A stretch of 64,000 bases of DNA, taken from NCBI RefSeq assembly GCF_963921235.1, contig NC_086097.1, positions 182,592,001-182,656,000 of the forward strand. The letters are read 5' to 3'. Positions within the stretch are counted from its first letter, which is position 1; every line of letters begins with the position of its first letter. A program made the position numbers and the translations under genes. Source of the DNA: Mobula hypostoma (lineage: Eukaryota). Below the pieces are notes generated by a model, which was given only the letters and a program-made list of their open reading frames with translations, ran no database searches and was not told the origin of the DNA. Of this stretch, positions 26,820-38,902 are shown piece after piece.

Positions 26820-27559
26820 GCTTCGATGGAAATGGGCCAAACACTGGCAAGCAGCTCCGTGGCTGGCATGGATGAGTAGGGCCGAGGGGTCTGTTTCTGT
26901 GCTGTATAACTAACTGTGAAGGACCCATTTCCCTCAGCAAATAGAACAGGGTAGTGATCAGTAGAGGGATTGGAGGGGACGAGGGAAAAGTTTCCGCAAG
27001 GAGAGGTACGGTCTGCACGTGGGAGGGGCAGAGATCCCATTACGTTACTCCTGGTGTGGGGAGCCTGTGAGCAGCCCTGACCCGCAGGGATATGGATCCC
27101 GGGTGGAGAGGTGGGTCAGGTTGTGTGGAAATGTGGGAGAGGCAGAGAGCCCCTGAATCTGGGGGTGCTGTGAGCCGCTGTCACTCACAGGGAAACTGAT
27201 CACAGTTAGGTAGATGGGGTTCTGTTGTGTGGCCCTTTTATACCTGGTCCAGAAAGGATGGGCCAAATAATCTCCCCCTTTACATTGAATTTTCAATGAT
27301 TCAATGAACCCAGCTCCCAGGGACCCTAAACTTCACTTGTTCCCATATGCCGACAGTCCTGATTTCCCTTGCTGCCTGGTCTCAACCTTGGGAATCTCCT
27401 CCCTCATTCTCCTACACACTTCCCTTCCATTTGAAGGCCTGCTCAGGGAGCTGACCCATCTACTACCTCCTACGCAGCTCAACTATACTGGGAGTGGGAG
27501 GTTTAGTATGATGAAGGCCCAGCTTGTACAGATGACTGCCTGTGCTGGGTCGGGGATTA

Positions 27560-28109
27560 ACAGACTCTCAGTCTCTCTGTTCATGCGGCAGATGTGTCAG
27601 ATGCTGCAGGGTTAATGGGATATGTGCTGATCCCTGCCGTCCCCCCGGCTGCTGCGCTCTCCCTTCCTCCCTCCCTCCCTCTCTCCCAGCTGCTCTTCCA
27701 GGCTTCCTCCTGTCCTGGCCCCAGCCGGGGTTTGTGGATCAGCTGTGTGTCCCGGAATATGGCCCAGAGACCGGAGTAATGAGCTCATCCGAAACGAGGC
27801 AGAGGAGCAGCATTCCCAATCCAACACAGGTCCTGTGTTCAGACAGGGATTGAGGGATCCAGGAGTTCATACCGCGATTCAGAGATTCTGGAAATTCAGG
27901 AATTCCAGGAATTCAGACTGGGACGGAGAGATTCCAGAGGCTGGGCTGGACTTCAGGGACTCTGGGAATTTGCATTGAGATTGAAGGATTCTGAGATTTC
28001 AGACGGAGAGGTTCTGGGAATCAGCAAACCCTCGTCCTTCCCCTTCCCCGGAGATAATTGTGGAACAGCTCTAGGATCCTGGTGACCAAACACCTGAGGG
28101 ACAAGAGGC
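27560..28109 (+). promoter_or_regulatory. Putative internal promoter and 5'UTR of the ERG1b-like isoform
   Basis: Non-repetitive, CpG-containing region with a pyrimidine tract immediately upstream of the 1b ATG. The transcription start cannot be determined from sequence. Confidence 0.45.
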
Positions 28110-28223
28110 ATGTCAGTGAAAGGCTGGGATGCTCCAATTGCCGAAGGGCCTAAGGGAGTTGCGGAACATCGGGGTGAGAAGATGAGGAGAGGGGTCCGGA
28201 TTTCCAGCATCGTAGCTCACGAG
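28110..28223 (+). CDS. KCNH2: KCNH2 alternative first coding exon 1b (ERG1b-like N-terminus, 38 aa)
   Basis: Encodes MSVKGWDAPIAEGPKGVAEHRGEKMRRGVRISSIVAHE|gtaagt, with an in-frame upstream TGA at 28095. Phase 0 joins exon 6. The C-terminal half matches hERG1b RVRRAVRISSLVAQE. Confidence 0.9.
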
Positions 28224-28689
28224 GTAAGTGTTACGGCTCTTGCTGGGGAGGGGTCGATTGGGTGACCTGGTGACCTTCACTAGACTGGTAAGTCTTAGCT
28301 GGAGTCTGGACTTCTAGCTGCAAGGAACAAGCAGCATTTCAGTTCCACAGACTTCCTGTCAGGCCCACCCTGTGCCAGGTCTATTGACAACACTCCAGCC
28401 CCTGCTGCACTGACTGAGTGAGGGGCAGATCCCGATCCTGGGGCTGCCGGGTAAGGGGGGAGGGCTGTGAATATTTTCCTTGTGGGGGGGTATGTTGGTG
28501 AGGGAGAGTGGTGAAGCCAACCGTGAACAGCCGGTGAAATGGTTGATGTGAGTGGGTCCCCCCCCAAGAGGAAGGGAGTGGGAGCTGCCGAGGGGAGGAG
28601 GGGGGGGTTGTGTGCTGAGGGGGCATTTGGCAGAGATGTAACAGATAGCCTGCTGTCGGAGCTTTTGATGGATTCAGGCTGGGAACTGG

Positions 28690-29200
28690 GGATTACCATT
28701 ACTAGTTATCCCCTTTTGTTCAAGAGCCTGATCGTCGTGGGGTAGTAACTGTTTTTGGCCGGTGGTGAGAGTCCTGAGGCTCTTGTATCTTTTACTTGAT
28801 GGCAGTGGCAAGAAAAGAGCATGGCCTGGGTTGTGAGGATCTCTGATGATGGATGCTGCTTTCCTACTTCATGTAGATGTGCTCAATGGTTGGGAGGGCT
28901 TTATCTGCAATGTACTGGGCTGAATCCACTACCTTTTCTGTTCAAAGGCATTGGTGTTTCTGTACTAGGTCTATGATACAGCCAGTTAATACATTCTCCA
29001 CCACACACCTACTGTTTGTCAAAGTTTTTGATGTCATGTTGAATCTTCGGGGACTCCTCAGGAAGTAGAGGCCGTGCTTTCTTCGCGATTTCATTTATGT
29101 GCTGGGTCCAGGTCAGGTCCTCTGAAATAGTAACACCCGGGAATTTAAAGTTGCTAACCCTCAGCACCTCTGATCCTCCGATGAGTGCTGGTTCTGTCTG
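28690..29200 (-). mobile_element. Rex1/Babar-type LINE 3' fragment
   Basis: VSNFKFPGVTISEDLTWTQHINEIAKKAR. Confidence 0.75.
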
Positions 29201-30729
29201 ATCTTGATCAGGCTTTCTGATGTCAGCACAGGCACAGAGTAATTGCCATTTCCTTATCCCAATTACACGCTCTGTCTGTAGGGAGTCACGTATGCTTTTA
29301 CTAACCATTCCCATCGTTCGTCAACAGCTCTCACATTTTGCCGTCTTGTGCCTGGCTACTTACTCCATCTGATTCTTTCTCTGTTCTGCTCTGTGTCCAT
29401 TCCTCACACCTAATGCTGTTTCCAGAAACTTCATTCTCTTCTGGAATTTAACACTATCTTTAATTTCTCTGCAGAGGCCAGAATAAATCACTGTCAGGAT
29501 TTGTGCCTGAGAGGAGTGCATATATTTTGAAACGTGTTCATTATGTACTTGTCTACAAACCAGTTCCTGTTCAGCGTTGCACCTTCCAGTCACTCGCAGG
29601 AAACTCCTCTCCCTTTGTTTAAAATTCAGCATTTGGATTGAAGTACACTTTCAAACTCAGTGTAGACTCCACCATATTAACATCACTCTCCACAGAGGTC
29701 CTACCAACATTACCCATTAACCCTTTCCCAGTGCCCCCATTACTATCCAAAGTGTTACTTGTAACTCTAAAACTAATTGAAAGAAAAACATGGGCAGCCT
29801 GGTGATAAACGTGTGTACTTTGGTTTATTTTACTTCTAGTGAGGCATGCGCTTATGATGTGGTGACGTAATGAAGTATGCTATTCACATACTTTTACATG
29901 TAACCCATGTTCAATTATGTCAACAACAAGGAGTGCTAATCAATAGGTTTCAATAGGTACATTTAATGTTAGAGAAATGTATACAATATACATCCTGAAA
30001 TTCTTTATCTTTGCAAACAATATATTTACAATATCATTCAAATGTTACTGAAGCATCAAGTGCACGACACTTCTCCCTGCTTTGCTATAAACTCCAACTC
30101 AATATAGAATGTGACACTATTTTGCTGATCTATTTCAGGCCACAAGACAAAGTTTTAAGCCAATGCTTTCATATTGACCATATCTAGATGACTGGCATGT
30201 AGCTCCTCCAACACCTTAGCTTTTAGCATGGATGGTACAGCTCTCAATATCCACATACGGCAACCTTCATCAAAGGTAAATTCATCCTGGCCTGGTAAAA
30301 TAGGGGAACTGCTGCACATTCCAGGCATTTTGGGTTGCCATGTGGATCATTTGTGCTGCAATAAGGAGACTTTTGATTTGCATGAGGGAGATTACGTCAA
30401 GGGGAGTATTCTCTTTTGTAAATTTTTCAGGTATTTCTTTTTGCAAGAGTAAACAGGACAATCCATCAGCATTTCCATGATTAGTTGTCCTCATGAATTC
30501 GATCTTGTAATCGTATCCTCCAAGAAACAGAGCCCGTGTCTGCATTCATGCTGCTGTTAGTGGAACACCTTTCTGTGGGTTGAAAATAGACACTACTGAC
30601 TGATGATCAGTAATGAAGGTAAGTTCTCTCCCACAGAAGTACTAGTTAAAATGTTTTACACCCCAAACCAGACTCAAGGCCTCTCTGTTAATCTGTGGGT
30701 AATTTTTCTCTGCAGCAGTAAGGGAATGT

Positions 30730-33205
30730 GAGGCTTGGCCGGGAGGTTTGCTAATACTATTCAACAGAGATTAAACTAGTTTTGCAGGGGGCTGGGAAAT
30801 GGAGCCCTCGGTCTGTAAGGGAAGGATCAGACTAGAAGGTAGATGTCAGGGAAAGTATTGAAAGGTAAAATTGAAATAACAGGTATGATTGGTCAGATAG
30901 TTTGAAGTGTGTATATTTTAAAGTTCGGAGTACTATGGGTAAAGGTGGTGAACTTAGAGCTTGGATCAGTGCATGGAACACAATGTCATAGCCATTACTG
31001 AATCTTGGCTGACAGAGGAGCAGGTATGGGTGATTAATGTACTAGGTTTTCGAAGTTTTAGAGAAGATAGAATAGATGGTGGGGAGGGGGGGCGGCGGTT
31101 AGCAAGGAGTTTAAGGCAGAGGAAGTGTTGGGCCTCCTCGTGAGTATTAAGGTGGATAAGTACAGGCAGGGTCCCGGAGGACTGGCGAGTGGCTAATGTT
31201 ATACCTATGTTTAGATTATGAAGACATGCAGTCCTCTTTTATTGTCATTTAGTAATGCATGCATTAAGAAATGATACATTATTTCCTCCGGTGTGATATC
31301 ACAAAACACAGGACAGACCAAGACTGAAAAAAACTAACAAAACCACATAATTATAACATATAGTTACAACAGTGCAACAATACCATAACTTGATGAAGAA
31401 GTCCATGAGCACAGTAAAAGTTCAAAGTCTCTCAAATGTCCCACATCTCACGCAGAGGGGAGAAGGAAGAAAAACTCTCCCTGCCATACCCGACCATGGT
31501 CTGACTCTGAGTCATCCGAAAACTTCGAGCTCTGATCAGCTCTCCGACACTGAGTACTGAGCGCCATCTCTATCCGAGCGATTCGACCTCCACCTTGGTC
31601 GCCAACAGCAGGCAAAGCCGGGGATTTTGAGGCCTACCCTCTGAAAGATACCCGACTGCGCAGTAACGACAGCAGCGAACGAGCGTTTCAGAGGTTTTTC
31701 CAGATGTTCCTCTGTGCTTTCACATCTATCTCCATCAAATCAGAATTGTCCGTGGCCCCTATTTGACAGATACGATATTATTTTCACCGGAGGGCTGCGC
31801 ACGTGCGGCGCGCTCTTCTCCTCTCCTCTTGTTTAGGAGAGAACAAGGGAAAATCCTAGAAACTATCGACTGGTGAATCTTGCGCCAGTTATAGGGAAAT
31901 TGCTGGAGAAATTTCTTAAGAATAGGATAGAATTTGGAAACCTGTGGCCTAATTAGGGAGAGCCAGCATGGTGGTGCCTTACCGACTTGATTGAATTTTT
32001 TGATATGGTGACGAGAAAGATTGATGAGAATAGGGTAGTGGATATTTCTATATGGATTTTATTAAAGTGTTTGACAAAGTCCTTCATGGGAGGCTAGTCC
32101 AGAAGATTAAGATGCAGAGGGTCTGCGGTGAATTGTCTGTTTGGATTTAGAATTTGCTGTGCATAGAAGACAGATGATAGTGCTTGAAAGGACTTAATTG
32201 AGCTGGAGGTCTTTAATTAGTAGAGTTGTGTATGTATCTCTGCTGGGACCTCTCCTGTTTTTGATGTATAACAATGACCCAGATGAAAATATGAATGGGT
32301 AGGTTAGTAAGTTTAAGGATGATACCAAGATTGGTGGAATTGTGGGTAGTGTAGAAGACTGGCAAGGAAAACAGCACGATACAGATCAGTTGCAGATATG
32401 GGCAGAGAAATGGTAGATGGAGTTTAATTCAGATAAATGTGAGCTGTTGCATCTCGGTAGGGCAAATGCAAGAGGGAAAGACTCTTAACAGTGTTGCTGA
32501 GCAGAGAGATCTTCGGGTCCAAGTTCATAGCTCCTTGAAAGTGGCTACACAGGACAATAGGGTGGTTAAGAAGGCTTATGGAATGATTGCTTTTATTAGT
32601 CGAGAAATTGATTTCAAAGGGCAAGAGGTTATGTTGCAACTTTATAAAAATCTGATTCGGACACAACTGGAGTATCGTAGACAGCTCTGGTCACCCCACT
32701 ATAGGAAGGATGTTGAGGTTTTGGAGAGGGTGCAGAAGAGGTTTGCCAGGATGCTGCCTGGTGTAGAGGGCATGTGCTATCATGAGAGGCTGGATAAACT
32801 TAAGTTGTTTTCTTTGGAGCGCTGGAAACTGAGGGGAGATCTAATAGAGGTTTATAAGATTGAGAGGCATAGATAGAGTGGACAGAGAGTATCTGTTTCC
32901 CAGTGTTGAAATGTCGTAATACCAGAGGGCATGTATTGATGGTGAGAGGAGGTAGGTTCAAAGCAGATGTGAAGGGCTCAGAGAGCGCTGGAGGCCTGGA
33001 ATGCACTGCTTGATGGTGGTAGTGGCAAATACCTTAGAGGCTTTTAAGAGGCATTTAGATAGGCAAGGAAGGTGGAGGGATATGGACGTGGTGTAGGTAG
33101 GAGTTGTTAGTGTTTGGGTATTTCTGATTTTCTTTTCAGCTGGTTTGGCACAGCATTGTGAGCTGAGTGGCCAGTTCCTGCGCTGTACTGTTCTATGTTC
33201 TATGG
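30730..33205 (+). mobile_element. CR1 LINE (deleted) inserted within the Gypsy RNase H region
   Basis: VIAITESWL endonuclease motif; LIRTQLEYRRQLWSPHYRKDVEVLERVQKRFARMLPG; ttctatgttctatg tail near 33190-33205. Confidence 0.82.
31211..31830 (-). mobile_element. Unclassified non-autonomous repeat of about 620 bp, copy 1
   Basis: Homologous to 34477-35120; flanked by a tgtttag duplication inside the CR1. Confidence 0.7.
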
Positions 33206-34476
33206 AACATGATGCAAAGGCTATGGGACATTCAGTTCCATCACTAATATAAATGACCTGATTGCACCTATTCCATAAGGTGAGGCATCACAGGCAAGCT
33301 TCACTGGATGATGTGGATCACAATGTGTGAATACAGGGTCTGATATCACCACTTCCTTTACTTTTTGGAAAGCCACCTCACACTGCTTTGTCTGTTGCCA
33401 TTTCATCCCTTTCTGAGGTTAGTAGTTCAAGGGGTGGAGCACAGTAACCAAGTTTGGCAGGAGCCTGTTTCAGTAATTGACAAATCCTAAAAAGGAACAC
33501 AACCGTGACACTCGTCCTTTGGCCCTGGGGCATCCGCCATTGCTTGAATTTTCTCAGCACACTTTTGTAAGCCTTGTGTGTCAATGGTGTGACCACTGTA
33601 AGTGATGCTTGGTTTAAGGAATGCTTGCTTGTTGAGTCGTGTTCTGAGCCCATAATCTTCTAATCTCTTTAACACAATCTTGAGATTTTGGAATTGTTCT
33701 TTGTCATCCTTAATGGTAACAATGATGTTATCCAGGTAACACTGAACTAAACAATCTCACGGTGCACCATTAAACTCATCATTGAACTGACAAAGCTCAG
33801 ACAATCTCTTCAATTAGACTGCCTTTTGATTCTGCTTATAAAAGCTAAAGCATTCTGTAATCAACAATGGCGTCAGTTCTAAATGTTCCTGCATTACTTT
33901 CATGATATCAGCAAAGCTCATTTTAGCTGGTTTGGTTGAAACAGTTGAACTTCAATGCCTTTCCACCTAATGCTATGTAAAATTGGCACTCGCTTTTCAT
34001 TGGCTATTTCATTTGCTTCAAAACACTGCTCAATTCGCTCAGTATACATTAGCCAGTTTTTTTTTGTGCAGTTGAATACATCTATCCTTCTGATGTAGCC
34101 AGCTAATTCTGCTTTTATTTATTTATTATTATTATCACCTGGTACTCATTGTTTAGGAACCCATGAATTTCATCTGTTTTCTGCCTTTTTAAAAAACTTA
34201 ACTATCTTGCTGCGCTTCCAAAGAGAAAGAAAAACATGTTGCATTTTAAAAAACTTAAATGTTTCTTTCCTGAGTCATCTCGGGTTCATTTTAAAACTTT
34301 CTTGTTGCCACTGTTATGTTTTGTAACTCTAAAACTAATCAAAAGAAATACATGGAGAGCCCAAGGATAAATGTGTGTACTTCATTTTTTACTTTTACTG
34401 GGGCATGCACTTATGACATGGTGGCATAACGTAGTATGCCATTCACATACTTTAACATATAACCCGTAATGAATTA

Positions 34477-35120
34477 GATTCGATTATGAGAATACTCAGT
34501 CCTCTTTTTATTGTCATTTAGAAATGCATACATGCATTAAGAAATGATACAATGTTTCTCCAGAGTGATATCACAGAAAACAGGACAAACCAAAGACTAA
34601 CACTGACAGAACCACATAATTATAGCATATAATTACAGCAGTGCAAAGCAATACCATAATTTGATGAAGAACAAACCATGGGCACGGTAAATAAAGTCTC
34701 AAAAGTCCCCGAGTCGATCGACTCCCAAGTCCCCGATAGCAGGCGGCAAAAGGGAGAAACTCACTGCCATAAACCTCCAGGCACCGTCAACTCGCCAATG
34801 CCTTGGAAGCAGCCGACACTGAGTCCATCCGTCTGAAAGCTTCGAGCTTCCGACCAGCCTCTCTGATACAGCCTCCCGAGCGCCATCCTCTGCCGAGTGC
34901 CTTCAACCTCGCCCTGGCCGCTGAAAGCCGAGGATTTCAGGGCCTTCTGCTCCGGAGATTCCGGTTACCACACAGTAGCAGCGGCAGCGAAGCGGGCATT
35001 TCAGAAGTTTTCCAGATGTTCCTCCGTGCTCTCACGTCTGTCTCCATCAAATCAGAATTGTGCATGGTCCTCTACTTGACAGATAACAGACATCACCACT
35101 GAAGTGGCCGCGTGCTGCCA
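34477..35120 (-). mobile_element. Unclassified non-autonomous repeat of about 640 bp, copy 2, inserted in the LTR
   Basis: Shares cagtcctcttttattgtcatttag...ccatcaaatcagaattg with copy 1; no coding potential recognised. Confidence 0.7.
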
Positions 35121-35239
35121 CTTAGGTAACCAACAAAGAATTAGGTAACCAACAAAGAATGCATAATCAAACAATGTACAATATTTTAAAAATATTATTG
35201 AAATATTAAATGCACAACTCAATGTAGCCATATCAAAGT

Positions 35240-36320
35240 TCAAAGTAAATGTATTATCGAAGTACATTTATATCACCACACACAACACTGAGATTCATTT
35301 TCTTGCAGAAGAAACACAATTGAGTCAATGAAAGACCCAACAGGTCAGACAATCAATGTGCAAAAGACAACAAACTGTAAAGACAAAAAGAAATAACACT
35401 AATGATACCAGCAATAAATAAGCCATGAATATAGAGAACATGAGATGAAAAATCCTTGTAAGTGAGTCCATAGGTTGTGGGAGTAGTTCAGTAATGGGGC
35501 AAGTGAAGTTATCCCTTCTGGTTCAAGAACCTGATGATTGAGGGGTAATAACTGTTCCTAAACCTGGGGGTGCAGGTCCTGAGGCTCCTGTAACTTTTTC
35601 CTTATGGCAGCAGTGAGAAGTGAGCTTGATGATGGATGCTGCTTTCCTGCTACAGCACTCCAGGTAGATGACTCAGTGGTGGTGAGGGTTTTACCCGTGA
35701 TGGACTGGGCCGTATCTACTACTACTTGTAGGCTTTTTTGCATTAGTGTTTCCATTTCTCCATATTAGGCTGTGATTCAACTAGTCAATATACTCTCCAC
35801 CACACATCTACAGAAGTTTGTCCAAATTTTAGATGACATTCCAACTCTGACTGCTATGCTTTCTTCATAATGGCACTTACGTGCTGGACAGATCATCTGA
35901 AATGATAACTCTGAGGAATTTTAAAGTTGCTGACATTCTCCACCTTTGATTCCCCAATGAGAACTGGCTCATGGTCCTCTGGTTTCCTCCTCCTGGTTAA
36001 CAATCAGCTCATTGGTCTTATGACATTGAGTGAGAGGTTTGTTGTGGCACCACTAACCAGATTTTCAATCTCCCTCCTCTTTGCTGACTCATCTCCACCT
36101 TTGATTCGGCCAATGACAGAGGTATGCAAACTTAAAAATGGCATTGGAGCTGTGCTTAGCCACACAGTTACACAAGTGTGACGTGAGTAGCGCATGAGTA
36201 CACAGCTTTGTGGTGCACCCTGCTGATCGTGATTGTGGAGGAGATGTTGTTGCCAATCTGAACTGACTGGGGTCTGCAAGTGAGGAAGTTGGGGATTCAG
36301 TTGTATAAGGAGGTAGTGAT
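35240..36320 (-). mobile_element. Rex1/Babar-type LINE 3' fragment
   Basis: GAPQSCVL, SSNAIFKFA and GRIKGGDESAKRREIENL on the minus strand. Confidence 0.75.
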
Positions 36321-37699
36321 GTATCAATGCAGAACATTATCTTTTATCTTATTACGTAAACTTTCAGCACTTGGTGCATAGACATTTACTTCGCTACACT
36401 GTACTCTACCGAAGTCCCTGGTTTTACTGTGCCCAATATTACAACCATTGGTGATCTACAACTAACTCCTCTATTTTTTTTGCTGTTATCGACATTGGTT
36501 CTGTTCAACCCTGTGCTCTGAAAAGCCAAGATCTTCCTTTCCACTGCACTGGTCTCCCTGTGAAAAGCACCACACCTTTTCCTTGCTGCCTGTTCTTCAT
36601 AAAAGGTCTGTACCTGGGAATGACCCTGTGAAGTTTGCCCTGCTGGGTATATCCTGTGTAATTGGTCCTTGCATCACCAAGAACTCCAGTGATCCCGTGG
36701 CACTGCTCCCAGCCGTACTCCATTGGTGTGATCCCACTATCCCAGTATCTCTGCTACTGGCACCAATCTTGAGGTCACAGCCATTCGGTTACCTAAGTGA
36801 TTTGCCCAGTAAGAACTGAGTTAACAGCTGGATAGCTCAGTCTTCATTGGGAAAATCAACTTCCTCTCAGATTCCCTCTAAGCCTCTTACCTCTCACCCT
36901 AAACGATACCCTAACTCCTCTGCCAGAGAGAAAGGTTTCCTATTCTTTACCTGTCCACGCCTCTCACAATTCTGTCCACATCAGCTCCCTCCATTCCAAG
37001 GAATCCTCTTCATTCTCTTCTCAAAGTTGAAACGTTTCCATCCTAGACAGGACCCTGGTGAATCCCCTATGCACCGTCTCCAGTGCAGTCACCTCCTTTC
37101 TATGGTCAGATGAGCAGACCCATACAGAGTGTTCCAGCTGTGAACTAACTGGTGGTTTATAAAGTGCGCGTTCACCTTCCTGCTCCTACACTCTGCCCCT
37201 TATTCACAGTCCGACCCTTGGGAATGCTGCCCATACACTTATCAGGATTTGATTCCTTACTACCTACCAATTTTCATATCATCTGCATACTTGCCCTTTT
37301 GCCAGCTTGCCTCGATGCCTTGGGCCTGAACCTATGGACCAAACTCCCATGTAAGACTTTGTCGAAGGCCTCACTGAAGTCCATCAAGGGCTCACAGGGG
37401 CATAGAAGATGGAGACACTGTCTCATGGTTCCAGCGGTCCAGGTTCAATTCTGACCTTGGAATCTGCTTGTGAATCAACCTATGAAAAACACTTAAGGAA
37501 CTTGGCATGTAAGGCAGCATCTATGGAGGGAAATGGACAGTCATCGTTTCAGTACAAGACTCTTCATGTCATTGGTTGATTGGTTGGTTGGATTAAAGTG
37601 GAGGTTTGTTGGGGAAGAGGGATTGTGATTGGTTGGGTCGGTTTGATTGGATTGGAGTGAGGGGTTGTGATTGGCTGATTGAGTTAGGTTGATGTGAGG

Positions 37700-37915
37700 G
37701 GTCGTGATTGGCCGGTTGGGTTGGTGTGAGAGGTGTGATCAGCTGGTTGGGTTGGGTTGGTGTGAGGGGTGTGATCAGCTGGTTGGGTTGGGTTGGTGTG
37801 AGGGGTGTGATCAGCTGGTTGGGTTGGGTTGGTGTGAGGGGTGTGATCAGCTGGTTGGGTTGGGTTGGTGTGAGGGGTGTGATTAGCTGGTTGGGTTGGG
37901 TTGGTGTGAGAGATC
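37700..37915. repeat. 36-bp GT-rich minisatellite (GGTTGGGTTGGGTTGGTGTGAGGGGTGTGATCAGCT)
   Basis: About 5 near-identical copies read directly. Confidence 0.93.
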
Positions 37916-38131
37916 GTGGTTGGCTGGTTGTGTTGCTGTGAGGAGTTTTGATTGTGATTGGCCAGATGGGTTTGGAATGTTGTAGTTGCTCTGGGGTAGG
38001 TGATGTTTTGGGGTTGAGAAGGTCATGGGTGTTGATTTACAAGGAACATCAAAGTTCTGGTTATTGCCATGCAGTGCAGGGAATGAAAAGAGTAGCTCTG
38101 GCATGTTGATTAAATCCCATATCTTCCCCAG

Positions 38132-38557
38132 GTCCTGTCTCTCGGAGCTGATGTTCTTCCTGAGTATAAACTCCAGGCTCCGCGGATTCACAAGTGGACC
38201 ATTCTCCATTACAGTCCCTTCAAAGCAGTGTGGGATTGGCTGATACTCCTGCTGGTGATCTACACTGCCATCTTCACGCCCTACTCTGCCGCCTTCTTGC
38301 TGAATGATCAGGAGGAGGTGAGACGGAGGGGCTGTGGTTACTCCTGCAACCCTCTCAGTGTGGTGGACCTGATGGTGGACATTATGTTCATGATCGACAT
38401 TTTCATCAACTTCCGCACCACCTATGTCAACAGCAATGATGAGGTGGTCAGTAACCCGGTCAGAATTGCCATCCACTACTTCAAGGGCTGGTTCCTCATT
38501 GACATGGTGGCTGCCATCCCCTTCGATCTGCTCATCTTCCGCTCTGGTTCTGAGGAG
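38132..38557 (+). CDS. KCNH2: KCNH2 exon 6 (S1-S3)
   Basis: ttccccag|GTC...GAGGAG|gtgagc; 426 bp, phase 0-0. Encodes [46 protein letters not shown]...[19 protein letters not shown]. Confidence 0.97.
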
Positions 38558-38902
38558 GTGAGCTATGTTCCTAGTATCTGACACCTTCCCATAACAATGA
38601 TCCAACCAACACACGGACGGACCCACCAAGCCCACACACTAGTCAGTGTTCGATGATCAGTGTCCTGACACCCACCCCTCCACCCCCACCACTTACACTC
38701 AGTCCCAAGTCTACCCCCACCCCGGTCAGTATCAGACCGAATTTGATAGTCAGTGTCTGGTGGTGAGCTGCTCATGGACGGTTAACTGGATGGACAGTCA
38801 GTCAGAATGTCAGACAGATTGAGTTAGACGGTTGGACAATTGGACAGTCACTTGGACAGTCAACAAACACTCAGCAAGCTTCCACTGTTTTGGTTTGTGC
38901 AG

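Larger units (their letters stand above)
29753..35219 (-). mobile_element. Gypsy-type LTR retrotransposon relic with both LTRs, internally deleted and carrying nested insertions
   Basis: Similar LTR copies at 29753-30069 and 34312-35219 (interrupted). PBS-like TGGCAACAAG at 34310-34301 and purine tract at 30079-30071. pol remnants PVKLACDASPYGIGA and HGNADGLS. Near-TSD caaag/caatg. Confidence 0.8.

Noticed and set aside
37883..38635. 250-aa minus-strand ORF
   Set aside because: Antisense shadow of KCNH2 exon 6.
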